The notes under the pieces were generated by a model that saw only the letters and a list, made by a program, of their open reading frames with translations, was not told the DNA's origin and searched no databases. A stretch of DNA of 64,000 nt from the NCBI GenBank assembly GCA_023248635.1, contig JAHFED010000015.1:25177-89176 (forward strand), read 5' to 3'. A program made the position numbers and the translations under genes. Of the stretch, positions 18,679 to 29,121 are shown piece by piece. Positions within the stretch are counted from its first letter, which is position 1. Every line of letters begins with the position of its first letter. This stretch comes from Myxococcales bacterium. Its GTDB lineage: Bacteria; Myxococcota; UBA727; VGSZ01.

Positions 18679-20049
18679 TCACGACGCCACCCGCAACACC
18701 GCGTCGTGAGCCAGCGACGCCGCCACCAAGGCCGCCAGGGGCAGGAGCAGACGAATCCCCTGCTGCAACGACACACTGACGGTCTGTTTCAAGCTCGGTC
18801 GCGGCAGGCCGCCCACCCGCAACACCAAGCCGCTGATCCCCACCGCTGCCAACAAGAGGGAGGAAGCGCAGACGCCAGCGGCGACGCCGGTCTCGGGGCC
18901 TTTTCTCAGCAGGCCGGCGAGCGCAGGCCACAGGCCGGTGGCGGTGCCGGGCCCCGGCAGTCCGCACAGCGCCCAGAGGGACATTGGCAAGAGCAGGCCC
19001 AACGAGGGCGCGACCTGCAGCAAGCCCCTGAGCTCGGTGGTGCGCCGGGTCTCGAGGCGCCGCTCCACGGCCTCGACCAGCATCAAGGCCCAAGAAGCGC
19101 TGAATCCCGTCAGCGCCGCCAAGCCCACAGCGACCGGTCCAGCACCGCAGATGGCGACGAGGGCGGTCACCGATCCCAGGGCCCCCAACAGGTGCGCCAC
19201 CATGCGGCGGAGGTCGCGCTCGGCCATCACCAGCGCTCCGCCGATGGCACAACCCACCGCCAATACGCCGGCCAGGGAGGGGATGACCCGTGCCAGAGCT
19301 TCGGCGCCGCCGCCCACCCGCTCCAGGAGGGCAACGGATCGGCACAGCAACACAGCCCCCACCGGCGCCACCATCCCGCCCATCAGACAGGCTGCTGCCA
19401 CGGGGGACTGTTCGAGGGCCGGCAAGGCCCACAGCCCGTGGGGACCCGCCGCCAACCGGACCAGCCCCGGCCCCAGCAGCGCAACCACGACCCAGGCACC
19501 CCCTCCGGTCACCGGCCCCTGCTGGACCAGCACCAAAGCTCCAAGGGCTGCGCCGTCCAACAACAGCCACAGTGCGGCTGCCCTCAAGGTGACAGAGCCG
19601 CGCTCGGGCCCCCCAAAAAGGGCCACCAAGGCAAAGAAGGGAACAGCGGCCACCATCGCAACGGCCGTGGCGGCGACGACGTCGTCGACCAGCACGGCCA
19701 CCAGCGATCCGCTCTCGGCCAGCAAGATGGCGGCGACGTAGGCCTGGAGTCCGTGGCTCACCCGCGGTGCTCCCGCGCGCAGGGCCATCGGCGTCACCCC
19801 GAGGATCACCACCGCCGCCGGCAGGGCCACGCCGGAAAAGCGCAGCGAAGCCGCAACAGGCAGGACGAGCGTGGCGCCAGGAGCCTCAAAGAGCAGGGCC
19901 AGGCCGGGCACCAGGGCCAACAGGCCGCTGACGACGCCGACGGCGCGGAGGGTCAAGCGGTCGTCGGCGGGGACCACCAGCGCGAAGGCGCCCCCCAGCA
20001 GGGGCAGCAACACCATCAGCGCGATGAGCAGGTCAGGCGCCAGGCGCAT
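18679..20049 (-). CDS. NuoM/MrpD-like antiporter subunit
   Basis: The 456-aa polytopic membrane protein has the architecture of the NADH-quinone oxidoreductase chain M / Mrp D family. Confidence 0.65.
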   Translation of the reverse strand: MRLAPDLLIALMVLLPLLGGAFALVVPADDRLTLRAVGVVSGLLALVPGLALLFEAPGATLVLPVAASLRFSGVALPAAVVILGVTPMALRAGAPRVSHGLQAYVAAILLAESGSLVAVLVDDVVAATAVAMVAAVPFFALVALFGGPERGSVTLRAAALWLLLDGAALGALVLVQQGPVTGGGAWVVVALLGPGLVRLAAGPHGLWALPALEQSPVAAACLMGGMVAPVGAVLLCRSVALLERVGGGAEALARVIPSLAGVLAVGCAIGGALVMAERDLRRMVAHLLGALGSVTALVAICGAGPVAVGLAALTGFSASWALMLVEAVERRLETRRTTELRGLLQVAPSLGLLLPMSLWALCGLPGPGTATGLWPALAGLLRKGPETGVAAGVCASSLLLAAVGISGLVLRVGGLPRPSLKQTVSVSLQQGIRLLLPLAALVAASLAHDAVLRVAS

Positions 20050-20052
20050 GTC

Positions 20053-22095
20053 TTAGCCCGTCCCCGGCGTACGGCCGAGCCAGAGCAGGCCGGCGGCAGC
20101 CAACAAAGCGAGGAAGAAAGCCTGCTGAGCGCCACCGTTTTGCAGCAGCCGCAGCCCAAAGGCCGTGACCGCCGCAAAGGCAGCCGGCAGGCGGTGCAGC
20201 ACGACAGACAAGACCGCCGGCACGAGGTTGACCGCCAAGAGGCGCGACAGGCGCTCCACGCTTTCTTGGACGGACCGAGCCACGAGGCTGTCCTGCCCGG
20301 CGAGGCGCGCCAACCAGCGGGCCAGCGCAGCGACCGCGGTTTCGTCGGCGCCTTTTTCTCCCGCAAGCACGCGCCCCCGACCCCGGCGCCACCACAAGGC
20401 CGAGGTCAGCCAGGGCAGCAGCCCAAGCCCCAGCACGAGCAGCGCGAAGGTGGCCTGGCTCAGAGGCGGCGGCGCCTGGGCGGCGATAAAGAGCTCTCGC
20501 ACCGGCGTGCTTTGGACCAAGCTCGGCCGCACAAAGCTCGTCAGCACTGGGTCCAAGCTGAGCTCCCAAGGCAAGAGCTCCAAGAGCCCCTGGGGCACCG
20601 CCAGCAGCGTCAGCGCCGACGCCGCCAGAGCAACGACCCAGGGTGCCAACGTCGACGCCAGACCCGACTCGACGACGTCCGCAGTGGTTGCTTCGGGGCG
20701 CGCTCCAGTGAAGACCAGGTGCAGCGCGCGCCAGCCCGCCAGTCCCACCAGCACCACGCCGAGGACGACGGCGACGACGACGCCCGCGGGGATCCGGGTC
20801 GAAAAGACCGCGGCCTGCACAGCACGGTCGACGACGACGAAGCCGGCGAAGGGGGGGAGGGCGGCGATGCCGGCGGTGAGCAGCAGGCGCGCGGAGTGAG
20901 TGCGGGGGAGCAGGGGCTCGAGGCCTCCCAAGGCCCGGGGATCGCGGGACCCGCTGCGCTCGACCACTTCGGCGAAGGCCCACGGCAGGCCCAAGCCGGC
21001 GCTCATGAGGAAGAGGCCGGCGAAGGCGACACCGACGACGTCTTGGGTGCCGGCGCAGATGGCCATGAGGCCCGAAAAGGCCGCGAGCAGATGGGCGTCG
21101 AGGCGCAGCAGGTCACGCCCGGCCAGGGCGAGCACCCCAGCCCCCAGCAAGGTGAGGGCGCCAACGACGACCAGGCCGTCTTGCACTTCGGGAGACAGCG
21201 CGATGATGGGGTGCAGCCGCAGCAGGAGGATCGCCGCGCAGCCCTGCAGGCCGAGCCCGTGGACCAGGCCCAAGAGCGGGGCGGGGGTGTGGGGATCGGC
21301 GGTGGCGTCGCGCAGCCAGGGCCAGCACAACCAGCCGGCGCGGGAGGCAACGCCGGTCACCAGGCCGATGCCAGCGATGAACCACAGGGTGCGGTGGGCG
21401 AAGCCGTCGAAGGCGCCGCTGCTCAGGCGCTCCCAGGGGGACAGCGCGTCGGCTGCGAGGAGTTGGGTGAAGCTGAGATCCGCCGTCGACGACAACGACG
21501 CCGTCAACGCCGCCAGGGCGACCAGCAGCCCGGCGTCGCCGATGCGCTGGACGCCAAAGAGCTGGATCAGGCCTCCGCCGCCGCCGGCGAGCCCCAAGGC
21601 AAGCGCAACGACGGCCCCTGACAGCGCGGCCGCGGCGACGACGTGCGCGGGGTGGTCCGCCAAGACCACCACCAACACGCTGGCTTCCAGCAGCAGCCCC
21701 GCACCCACCGCCGACGGCGTCACACCGCTGTGGCGCCGCGCCCATCCCAGGGCCAGTCCGACGTTGCCTGCGGCGCCGATGAGGGCCGTGGCCAGCAGCA
21801 GGGGCGCGGTGAGGGGCTCCAGCACCAGCGGAAGGAAGGGGCCCAGGCCGGCGGGTGCGAGATCGGCGCACAAACGGGCACCGACGAAGCCGCCGACGCC
21901 GACATAGCGAAAGCCACCGACCTCGGCCAGAGTGAGCAGGCACGACCCAGCCAGCACGGCGACGACGACGACGACGACGACGACCCCCAGGCTCCGGGTC
22001 CACCTCGGTGCGCGGGCGCTCAAGAACAAGCCGGCTGCCGCCACCAGCAAGAGGGTGGGGAGCAGCGCCAGGGTGGGAAAGGGGAGCTCCTTCAC
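20053..22095 (-). CDS. NuoL/MrpA-like antiporter subunit
   Basis: It is about 680 aa from the GTG at 22095, which overlaps the upstream stop as GTGA. It is polytopic with a long C-terminal extension. The upstream 134 codons of the six-frame ORF are Arg-rich junk. Confidence 0.6.
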   Translation of the reverse strand: MKELPFPTLALLPTLLLVAAAGLFLSARAPRWTRSLGVVVVVVVVAVLAGSCLLTLAEVGGFRYVGVGGFVGARLCADLAPAGLGPFLPLVLEPLTAPLLLATALIGAAGNVGLALGWARRHSGVTPSAVGAGLLLEASVLVVVLADHPAHVVAAAALSGAVVALALGLAGGGGGLIQLFGVQRIGDAGLLVALAALTASLSSTADLSFTQLLAADALSPWERLSSGAFDGFAHRTLWFIAGIGLVTGVASRAGWLCWPWLRDATADPHTPAPLLGLVHGLGLQGCAAILLLRLHPIIALSPEVQDGLVVVGALTLLGAGVLALAGRDLLRLDAHLLAAFSGLMAICAGTQDVVGVAFAGLFLMSAGLGLPWAFAEVVERSGSRDPRALGGLEPLLPRTHSARLLLTAGIAALPPFAGFVVVDRAVQAAVFSTRIPAGVVVAVVLGVVLVGLAGWRALHLVFTGARPEATTADVVESGLASTLAPWVVALAASALTLLAVPQGLLELLPWELSLDPVLTSFVRPSLVQSTPVRELFIAAQAPPPLSQATFALLVLGLGLLPWLTSALWWRRGRGRVLAGEKGADETAVAALARWLARLAGQDSLVARSVQESVERLSRLLAVNLVPAVLSVVLHRLPAAFAAVTAFGLRLLQNGGAQQAFFLALLAAAGLLWLGRTPGTG

Positions 22096-22373
22096 CCGCG
22101 CAGCTCGCGCAACTCGTCGACATGGTCCGCACCCCGGCGGCGGTGAACAGCGACGGCTGCCCCCACGACGACCAGAGCAACGGCCGCGCCGGCAACCACC
22201 AACACGGCGGCGGCGGCGAGCTTGCCTTGGCTGCCCGCGGCGAGGGCCAGCCCCAAGGTGCCCAACTGCGCGCCCAGGGCCACAGCGAGGAGGGAACGCC
22301 GCAAGAGCAGCATGGCCAAGCCCAGGCCCAGCAAGAGCAGTCCGGTGCCGACGCCGACGCCGACGACGTTCAT
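22092..22373 (-). CDS. NuoK/MrpC-like small membrane subunit
   Basis: The 94-aa protein has three TM helices and an ...LLLRRSLLAVALGAQL... motif resembling NuoK/MnhC. It shows ATGA start-stop overlap with the upstream gene and GTGA overlap with the downstream gene. Confidence 0.55.
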   Translation of the reverse strand: MNVVGVGVGTGLLLLGLGLAMLLLRRSLLAVALGAQLGTLGLALAAGSQGKLAAAAVLVVAGAAVALVVVGAAVAVHRRRGADHVDELRELRG

Positions 22374-22825
22374 GCGGCCTCTCGTCGTCGAGCAAGCAGG
22401 AGCACCGCGGGTCCCGCCGACGCCAAGGCCAACAGGGCCAGCAGGGCCGCGTCGCTGGTCGGGCTGCTCGACGTCGTGCGGGACACGACGGCAAGAGGCA
22501 GCGGCCACAGGACGAAGCCCGTCAGGACCACGGGGAGCAGCATCAGCAAACGCCACGGCCGCAGCGTGCGCGGGGGGCGGCCATCGAGATCGACGACGAC
22601 GACACCGGCAGCGACGGGCAGCAGCAGGCCCATGCCTCCCACCAAGAGCAAGATCGCGAGCGCTGGGCCTTGGGTGGCGAGTCCCAACCCCGCACTGCCG
22701 ACGACGACGACCAACACCGAGACCACAGTGCTGCTCAGGCGCGAGGTGCACAGGGCGCCGATGCCCCCGAGGAGGGTGATGAGCGCGACGACGACGACGG
22801 CGGAGAGGGGCACGGCTTCGGGCAC
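22370..22825 (-). CDS. Small polytopic membrane subunit (NuoJ/MnhB-like)
   Basis: It is about 150 aa with 3-4 hydrophobic helices and is the first gene of the five-gene antiporter-like operon. I infer a GTG start, which is immediately downstream of repeat copy 2. Confidence 0.45.
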   Translation of the reverse strand: MPEAVPLSAVVVVALITLLGGIGALCTSRLSSTVVSVLVVVVGSAGLGLATQGPALAILLLVGGMGLLLPVAAGVVVVDLDGRPPRTLRPWRLLMLLPVVLTGFVLWPLPLAVVSRTTSSSPTSDAALLALLALASAGPAVLLLARRREAA

Positions 22826-22841
22826 CGAGCCTTGTACCGGA

Positions 22842-22908
22842 AATTCATCGCCGCCAGGCGATGAACGTGTAGACGATTCACCGACACGCGAAGCGTGTCG
22901 GTGAATTT
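22842..22908. repeat. Double-hairpin palindromic repeat element, copy 2 (inverted orientation)
   Basis: AATTCATCGCC-GCC-AGGCGATGAA CGTGTAGAC GATTCACCGACACGCGAAGCGTGTCGGTGAATT is the reverse complement of the unit at 17364 and sits 17 bp upstream of the antiporter-like operon. Confidence 0.9.
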
Positions 22909-23128
22909 CGCCCGTTGGAGGACATCGCCGGCGGCGCGGCCCTCCGGGGTCAACAATCGCTTGCTGTCGTCGCGACTCGAGCTTTTGCCCGAGCACCGTG
23001 CTTGAGGTTGGATGACGACGAAGAAGCACAGCCCGAGGTCGTTGGCGATCGGGTGTTCTGACGTCCGTCGTGCGTCCGGTGGCGGTGGCTTCGAGGCTGG
23101 GCTGATCTTGGGCTGCGTGGAGGACCTC

Positions 23129-24151
<1,023 letters not shown>

Positions 24152-24255
24152 CCTGCTGATGTTCCCGCCGCGTTGCCCAGCGAGGAGGGAGGAGCTTCGG
24201 ATCCACCGCGGCCCGGAGGTCGACGTGGTCCGAGGTTTTCGGGCATCTTCTTGCC

Positions 24256-25530
24256 ATGCTCGTCGCCGCCCTGACCCTCCTGCTTGCTGCTGCCGATTCG
24301 CCCGGCCTTCCCGCCGCCACGGGTGACGTCACCAGCTTGCCGGTCTTCGTCGACGAAGGGGTGCTGCTCGATGTGCTCAACACCCTGCTGCTGTCGGCGC
24401 AGGAGCCCGGACGTGTGGCCATCATCGTCGATGACACCGATGGCATTCGTCGGCTCTCCCTCGAGCGCAGCCTCGTGCGCACCATGCGCGATCGACGACG
24501 AGAGGAGGTCATCACGCCGGCTCTGGTCAAGGCCTCACTCGACGCCGCCGCCGAGGCCCAGCTCGTGGGGGGGCATGCCCAGGCGGCGACGTCGCTGGCC
24601 GCCGATCACGTGATCACGGCGAGCATCGTGGACCAGGGCGGCAAAGCCGTCTTGCGCCTGCAGTTGCTCTACACCGAGAGCGGTGCAGTGCTGGGCACCC
24701 AGTCCGTCGACGTCGATGGTGCGGCGCAGGCCTCGACGGCCCGCTCCCTCGACGTGCGCACCGCGGCCACCGACCTGGCCGATGTGATCGCCGAGGGGGT
24801 GGAGAACCGCGGTGTCGACGTCAGGACCCACCGCATCGCCGTGGCGCCAGCTCAAGCCACTGGAGCCGCCAAAGAAGCCCGCCTCGATCGCTTCGTGCAA
24901 AGCGAGCTCACGTCCGCCTTGCGCACGCGCGGCTTTCTCGTCGTCGAACGGGCCCGACTCTCGGCGGCGATGGAGCAACTCACCATCCAGGAGCTCACGG
25001 GCACCGAGCGCGTCGCCGAGCTGGGGGCGCTGCTGGGAGCGCAATCCATCGTGTTGGCGCAAGTGTCTGAGGCCGGGACGACCTTCATCATCAGCGCTCG
25101 CGCCGTGGCCATCGACACCAGCGAGGTCCTCGGCGCCGCTTCGGCCACCATCGTTCGTGACGACGTCGTCTCTCTGGCGGCAGTGGAGACGCGCACGCCC
25201 GGAGAGGCCGCGGTGCGCTCCGCCGTCGCGCCGGGCTGGGGACAAGCATTCAATGGCGACGGCGTCAAAGCCGTGCTCTTTGGCATCTCGACCTATGGGG
25301 CGTTGGCGACCACGGTGGGCCTCGGCGTCGGAGCGGGGGCGTCTTTGGCGGGCTACAACGGCATCACCGTCGGCGAAGGCCTCACGGCGGAGGAAGCGGG
25401 CCAAAAAGCCGTCGACCTGCGCAACCAGACCAACGCCCTGCTGACGGCAACAGCGGTGGCGGGAGCGGTGACGGCGTCGGTGTGGTCGCTGAACGTCATC
25501 GACGCGCTCTTGTCGTCGCCCCCCGACTGA
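24256..25530 (+). CDS. Hypothetical exported protein with two internally repeated alpha/beta modules
   Basis: It has a signal-like N-terminus. The modules ...VITASIVDQGGKAVLRLQLLYTESGAVLGTQSV... and ...IVLAQVSEAGTTFIISARAVAIDTSEVLGAAS... resemble each other. The C-terminal segment is hydrophobic and Gly-rich. Confidence 0.5.
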   Translation: MLVAALTLLLAAADSPGLPAATGDVTSLPVFVDEGVLLDVLNTLLLSAQEPGRVAIIVDDTDGIRRLSLERSLVRTMRDRRREEVITPALVKASLDAAAEAQLVGGHAQAATSLAADHVITASIVDQGGKAVLRLQLLYTESGAVLGTQSVDVDGAAQASTARSLDVRTAATDLADVIAEGVENRGVDVRTHRIAVAPAQATGAAKEARLDRFVQSELTSALRTRGFLVVERARLSAAMEQLTIQELTGTERVAELGALLGAQSIVLAQVSEAGTTFIISARAVAIDTSEVLGAASATIVRDDVVSLAAVETRTPGEAAVRSAVAPGWGQAFNGDGVKAVLFGISTYGALATTVGLGVGAGASLAGYNGITVGEGLTAEEAGQKAVDLRNQTNALLTATAVAGAVTASVWSLNVIDALLSSPPD

Positions 25531-25576
25531 GGTTCTTGGGTTGTCGTCTCGTTCACACTGACGTCTGCTGTGCCGC

Positions 25577-27055
25577 GTGAACCCCGAGAAACTGCTCGAA
25601 GCCCTGCTCTTGCTCGACGCCATCGTTGCCGATCGCCGCCTGCTCGCTGACGTCGACGCCGCCGCCCGAGAGCGACTCCAGCGGGTCTGCGGCGAGATCG
25701 CCCGTCCCGATCTGAAGCAAAGGAAGAGACTCCAGAAGGAGCTTCTTCGACGAACGAATGACGAAAAAAGAGCCCAAGACGAGCAACTCCGACAGTTGAC
25801 TGCGATTCGTCAATTGCGCGCGAAGCCGGTCTATTCGACGCCGCCGCCCACCTCTGATCAGGTGAACCCCACCTTGGAAACGGAGGTCCGGCCTGGACCC
25901 GGACTGCACACGGACCGCGTCTGCTACGTCTGCAAGAAGTCGTATCAGAATCTTCATTTCTTCTACGATCAACTTTGCCAATCCTGTGGAGATATTAGTT
26001 ATCAAAAACGAGCGCCGAGCGGCGATTTGACCGGCCGCACGGCGGTGATCACCGGGGCGCGGGTGAAGATCGGCTACCACGCGGCGATCTTGCTGCTGCG
26101 CAATGGCTGCGACGTCGTCGTCACCACCCGTTTTCCCCGGGACGGCGCTGCTCGTTTCGCGCGGGAGCCCGACTTCGACGTCTGGAAGGACCGCCTCAGC
26201 CTCTACGGCCTCGACCTGCGCCACACGCCCTCGGTCGACGCCTTGGCCCGCCACTTGTCGACGACGCTCCCGCGCTTGGACTTCCTGCTGCACAACGCCT
26301 GTCAGACCGTGCGCCGGCCCCCGGGCTTCTATGCCCATCTGCTCGAACAGGAGCTCAAGCCCCTGGCCTCCCTCCCTGCTGCACAGCGCCGCATCGTCGA
26401 AGCCGACGACGCCTTTCGGGCCCATGATCCGGCTCTGCCCCTGCCAGCACAGATGAGCCAGCTGGAAAGCGAGCAGCCCGCGCTGCCGTCGTCGACGTCG
26501 TCGCTGGCCTCGATTTTCCCGGCCGGGGCTCTCGATCAAGACCTGCAGCAGATCGACCTGCGCGCCCACAATTCCTGGCGTGCCGCCCTCGGCGAGGTGC
26601 CCACGCTCGAGCTGCTCGAAGTGTTGCTGGTGAATGCTGCCGCCCCTTTCGTGCTCACCTCAAAGCTGCGGCCCCTGCTGGCCCGCGACAATGTCGGCCG
26701 CGACCGCCACGTCGTCAACGTCAGCGCCATGGAGGGCCAGTTCTACCGGGCCAACAAGACCAGCAAGCATCCCCACACCAACATGGCCAAGGCCGCGCTC
26801 AACATGTTGACGCGCACCTCGGCCCAAGACCTGGCCCAAGACGGTGTGTGGATGAACGCCGTCGACACCGGCTGGGTCACCGACGAAGATCCGACCCATC
26901 TCGCGGCCCTCAAGGTCAAAGAGCACCGCTTCAGCCCGCCTCTCGACGTCGTCGACGGCGCAGCCCGCATCGTCGATCCCATCTTTGCGGGGCTGCACAC
27001 CGGCAAGCACGCCTGCGGCGTCTTTTTCAAGGACTACCTGCCCGCGCGCTGGTGA
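25577..27055 (+). CDS. SDR-family oxidoreductase with an N-terminal zinc-ribbon (CxxC...CxxC) extension
   Basis: Rossmann TAVITGARVKIGYHAA and the catalytic region ...NVSAMEG...Y..NK..KAAL are present, preceded by a VCYVCKK...CQSCGD zinc ribbon. The zinc-ribbon part of the gene is low-GC. Confidence 0.7.
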   Translation: MNPEKLLEALLLLDAIVADRRLLADVDAAARERLQRVCGEIARPDLKQRKRLQKELLRRTNDEKRAQDEQLRQLTAIRQLRAKPVYSTPPPTSDQVNPTLETEVRPGPGLHTDRVCYVCKKSYQNLHFFYDQLCQSCGDISYQKRAPSGDLTGRTAVITGARVKIGYHAAILLLRNGCDVVVTTRFPRDGAARFAREPDFDVWKDRLSLYGLDLRHTPSVDALARHLSTTLPRLDFLLHNACQTVRRPPGFYAHLLEQELKPLASLPAAQRRIVEADDAFRAHDPALPLPAQMSQLESEQPALPSSTSSLASIFPAGALDQDLQQIDLRAHNSWRAALGEVPTLELLEVLLVNAAAPFVLTSKLRPLLARDNVGRDRHVVNVSAMEGQFYRANKTSKHPHTNMAKAALNMLTRTSAQDLAQDGVWMNAVDTGWVTDEDPTHLAALKVKEHRFSPPLDVVDGAARIVDPIFAGLHTGKHACGVFFKDYLPARW

Positions 27056-27102
27056 AGGCGACGGCTCCCAGCGGCGAGCGAGCCTGAAAAAAGCGGTGTA
27101 GC

Positions 27103-29121
27103 GTGCGCCTTCAGCGAAGGACCTACGTGAGCGGTGGCCGTCCCAATCAGGTGTTGCTCGTCGGCGACGCGTGTGCGCGCCTGGACATCGATTTCATCCC
27201 CTACGGATTGACGTGTGATTGGGTTGGCGGCGCCACCGACGCTGTGAGCAGGCTGCAGGCCACCCCCTACGCTTTCGTCGTCGTGGCCGCCGCGCTGCCA
27301 GACATGCACGGCGTCGCCTTCGTCGAAGGCTTGCTGCGGCACTTCGATCCCACCCTCGCGGTGCTCTACGGTGACGTCGACGCCGCCCAGGCCCAGGCGC
27401 TGGCGCGCTCGCCCAAGGTGGCGTTTTTTCCCGCAGCCGTCGAAGGCGTGGTCATCGGCCACCACCTCTTTCAACGCGTGAGTAGCAGCGCCCCGCCACC
27501 GCCCATGCACCAGCCGCCGCCGCCGCCGTTTTCTGCTGCGTTTTCGTCCTTGAGCCCCAATTTCGTCTCCGTCCCCAATTTCGGCACCCCTGCCAGCAAC
27601 TTCGCTGCGCCCGTGCTGGGGCCGCCGGCCGGCCTGCCGCTCTCCCAAACGCCGGGTGCCTGGCCCCAGACGGCGCCGCTCGGACCTCGCCCCAACACGA
27701 CGATGCCTTTCTTCGCCGCTTTCGGCGGGCAACCGGTCCCGCCCAGCCCCATGCCCGCGTCGATGTTCCCGGCGCCAGCCGCCGAAGACCGCGGATTGAT
27801 GGCGAAGCTCGAGACCATCGCCGAGGAGCTGGGTCGCGCCCACGGCGAAATCGGCTCCCTGCGGGCTCGGGTGGAGCTTGCCGAGGGGGAGCGCGACAAC
27901 GCCCAGGTGGAGCTCCAGTTGGTGCGGCGCGAGTGCTCTCAGCTCGGCGTCGACCTGAGGGCACTGCGCGAGCAGGAGCAGCGGCTTCGGCAGCAACTGG
28001 TGGACGCCCATGCCGATGGCGAGCAGCACGAGGCCGACGTCGGCGTTGCCCAGCGCGCCATGGCCGAGCTGGCGGCGAGCCTGGTAGAGATCGACGCGCT
28101 TCGGAGCCGCCTCGCGATCCAGGAGGCGGCGCACGAGAGCAAGCTGCGCGACGAAGACACGCTGCGAGCAAAGATGGAGGCCGCGCACGAACAGACCCTG
28201 CGGGACCGCCTGGCCGCCCAGCAGGCCGAGCACGAACAGCAACGCGCTGCCGACGCCGAACGTGCAGCCGGCAACGCCCTGGCCCTGCAGGCCGCCCAGC
28301 GGGCTGCCGAGCTGGTGCGCGGTGCCGAGCAGGAGAGCCACGCCGCTCTCGGCGCTGAGCAGGGCCGCCTGGCGGGGCTGCGCCTCGAGCTCGCCGCTGA
28401 ACGTGAACGCGCCGCGCGGCAGACCGCGAGCCTGAACGCTGCGCTGGCGGCCGGTCTGGTCGGCCGGGAGCTCGCGCCCGGCGACGAAGACCTGGTGCTG
28501 CACGAAGACGAAGCGAAGCTGCAGTTCGACATCGAGATCGATGGCCCCCCCGAAGGCGGCGACGACGTCGGCGTCGAAACCCGCCTGGCCTCTTTGATTG
28601 CCGCGGTGGACGGCGAGAAGGCCCGTCTCCAGGCTTTGATTGCCTCGCTGCGCGCCGAGATGGGCGAGGTGCAGGCCAGGCTCGACGACGAGCACGTGTC
28701 CCGTCGCGACACCGAGAGCGCCCTCCGCAACGACCTCAAGGAAGCTCTCGAGCGGCTGCACGAGCAGACCCTGGCGACGGAGGCGCAGGCCTTGCGCGCC
28801 GCTGATGCTGCCGCTGCCGTCGCCACCCTGCAGGCCGAGCACACGCATCTGGTGCACGAGCTCTCGAACATCCCTCCGCCCAACCAGCCCGACGTCGACG
28901 ACGCTGTCCGGGCCCGGACCCGCAACCTCCTCGAGCTCGTCAATGCGCTCGAGCCCTTCACCTGGGGATTGCAGCGGGCCTCGGTGTTCTTCGCCGAAAG
29001 AGACGTCGACGGCGGCACCGAGCACGTGCACGCCCTCCGCCTCTTGTTGATGACCCTCGAGCGGCTGCGCAGCGAGCTCGATCGCATCCACGGCGCCGCC
29101 GAACCTGGACTGGACGCGTGA
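27103..29121 (+). CDS. FrzS/AglZ-like protein: N-terminal (pseudo)receiver domain, Pro-rich linker, long coiled-coil
   Basis: REC-like VLLVGDACARLDIDFIPYGLTCDWVGGATDAV...FVVVAAALPDMHG is followed by a PPPP-rich segment and ~400 aa of heptad-rich E/A/R/L/Q coiled-coil. The opposite-strand ORF 27034..29241 looks antisense. Confidence 0.65.
   Translation: MRLQRRTYVSGGRPNQVLLVGDACARLDIDFIPYGLTCDWVGGATDAVSRLQATPYAFVVVAAALPDMHGVAFVEGLLRHFDPTLAVLYGDVDAAQAQALARSPKVAFFPAAVEGVVIGHHLFQRVSSSAPPPPMHQPPPPPFSAAFSSLSPNFVSVPNFGTPASNFAAPVLGPPAGLPLSQTPGAWPQTAPLGPRPNTTMPFFAAFGGQPVPPSPMPASMFPAPAAEDRGLMAKLETIAEELGRAHGEIGSLRARVELAEGERDNAQVELQLVRRECSQLGVDLRALREQEQRLRQQLVDAHADGEQHEADVGVAQRAMAELAASLVEIDALRSRLAIQEAAHESKLRDEDTLRAKMEAAHEQTLRDRLAAQQAEHEQQRAADAERAAGNALALQAAQRAAELVRGAEQESHAALGAEQGRLAGLRLELAAERERAARQTASLNAALAAGLVGRELAPGDEDLVLHEDEAKLQFDIEIDGPPEGGDDVGVETRLASLIAAVDGEKARLQALIASLRAEMGEVQARLDDEHVSRRDTESALRNDLKEALERLHEQTLATEAQALRAADAAAAVATLQAEHTHLVHELSNIPPPNQPDVDDAVRARTRNLLELVNALEPFTWGLQRASVFFAERDVDGGTEHVHALRLLLMTLERLRSELDRIHGAAEPGLDA

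Noticed and set aside
18502-21621. 1039-aa plus-strand ORF and other long plus ORFs across 17.4-22.9 kb
   Set aside because: They are antisense to the antiporter-subunit operon and their translation is extremely Arg/Gln/Gly-rich. The minus frames give coherent polytopic membrane proteins with coupled start and stop codons.
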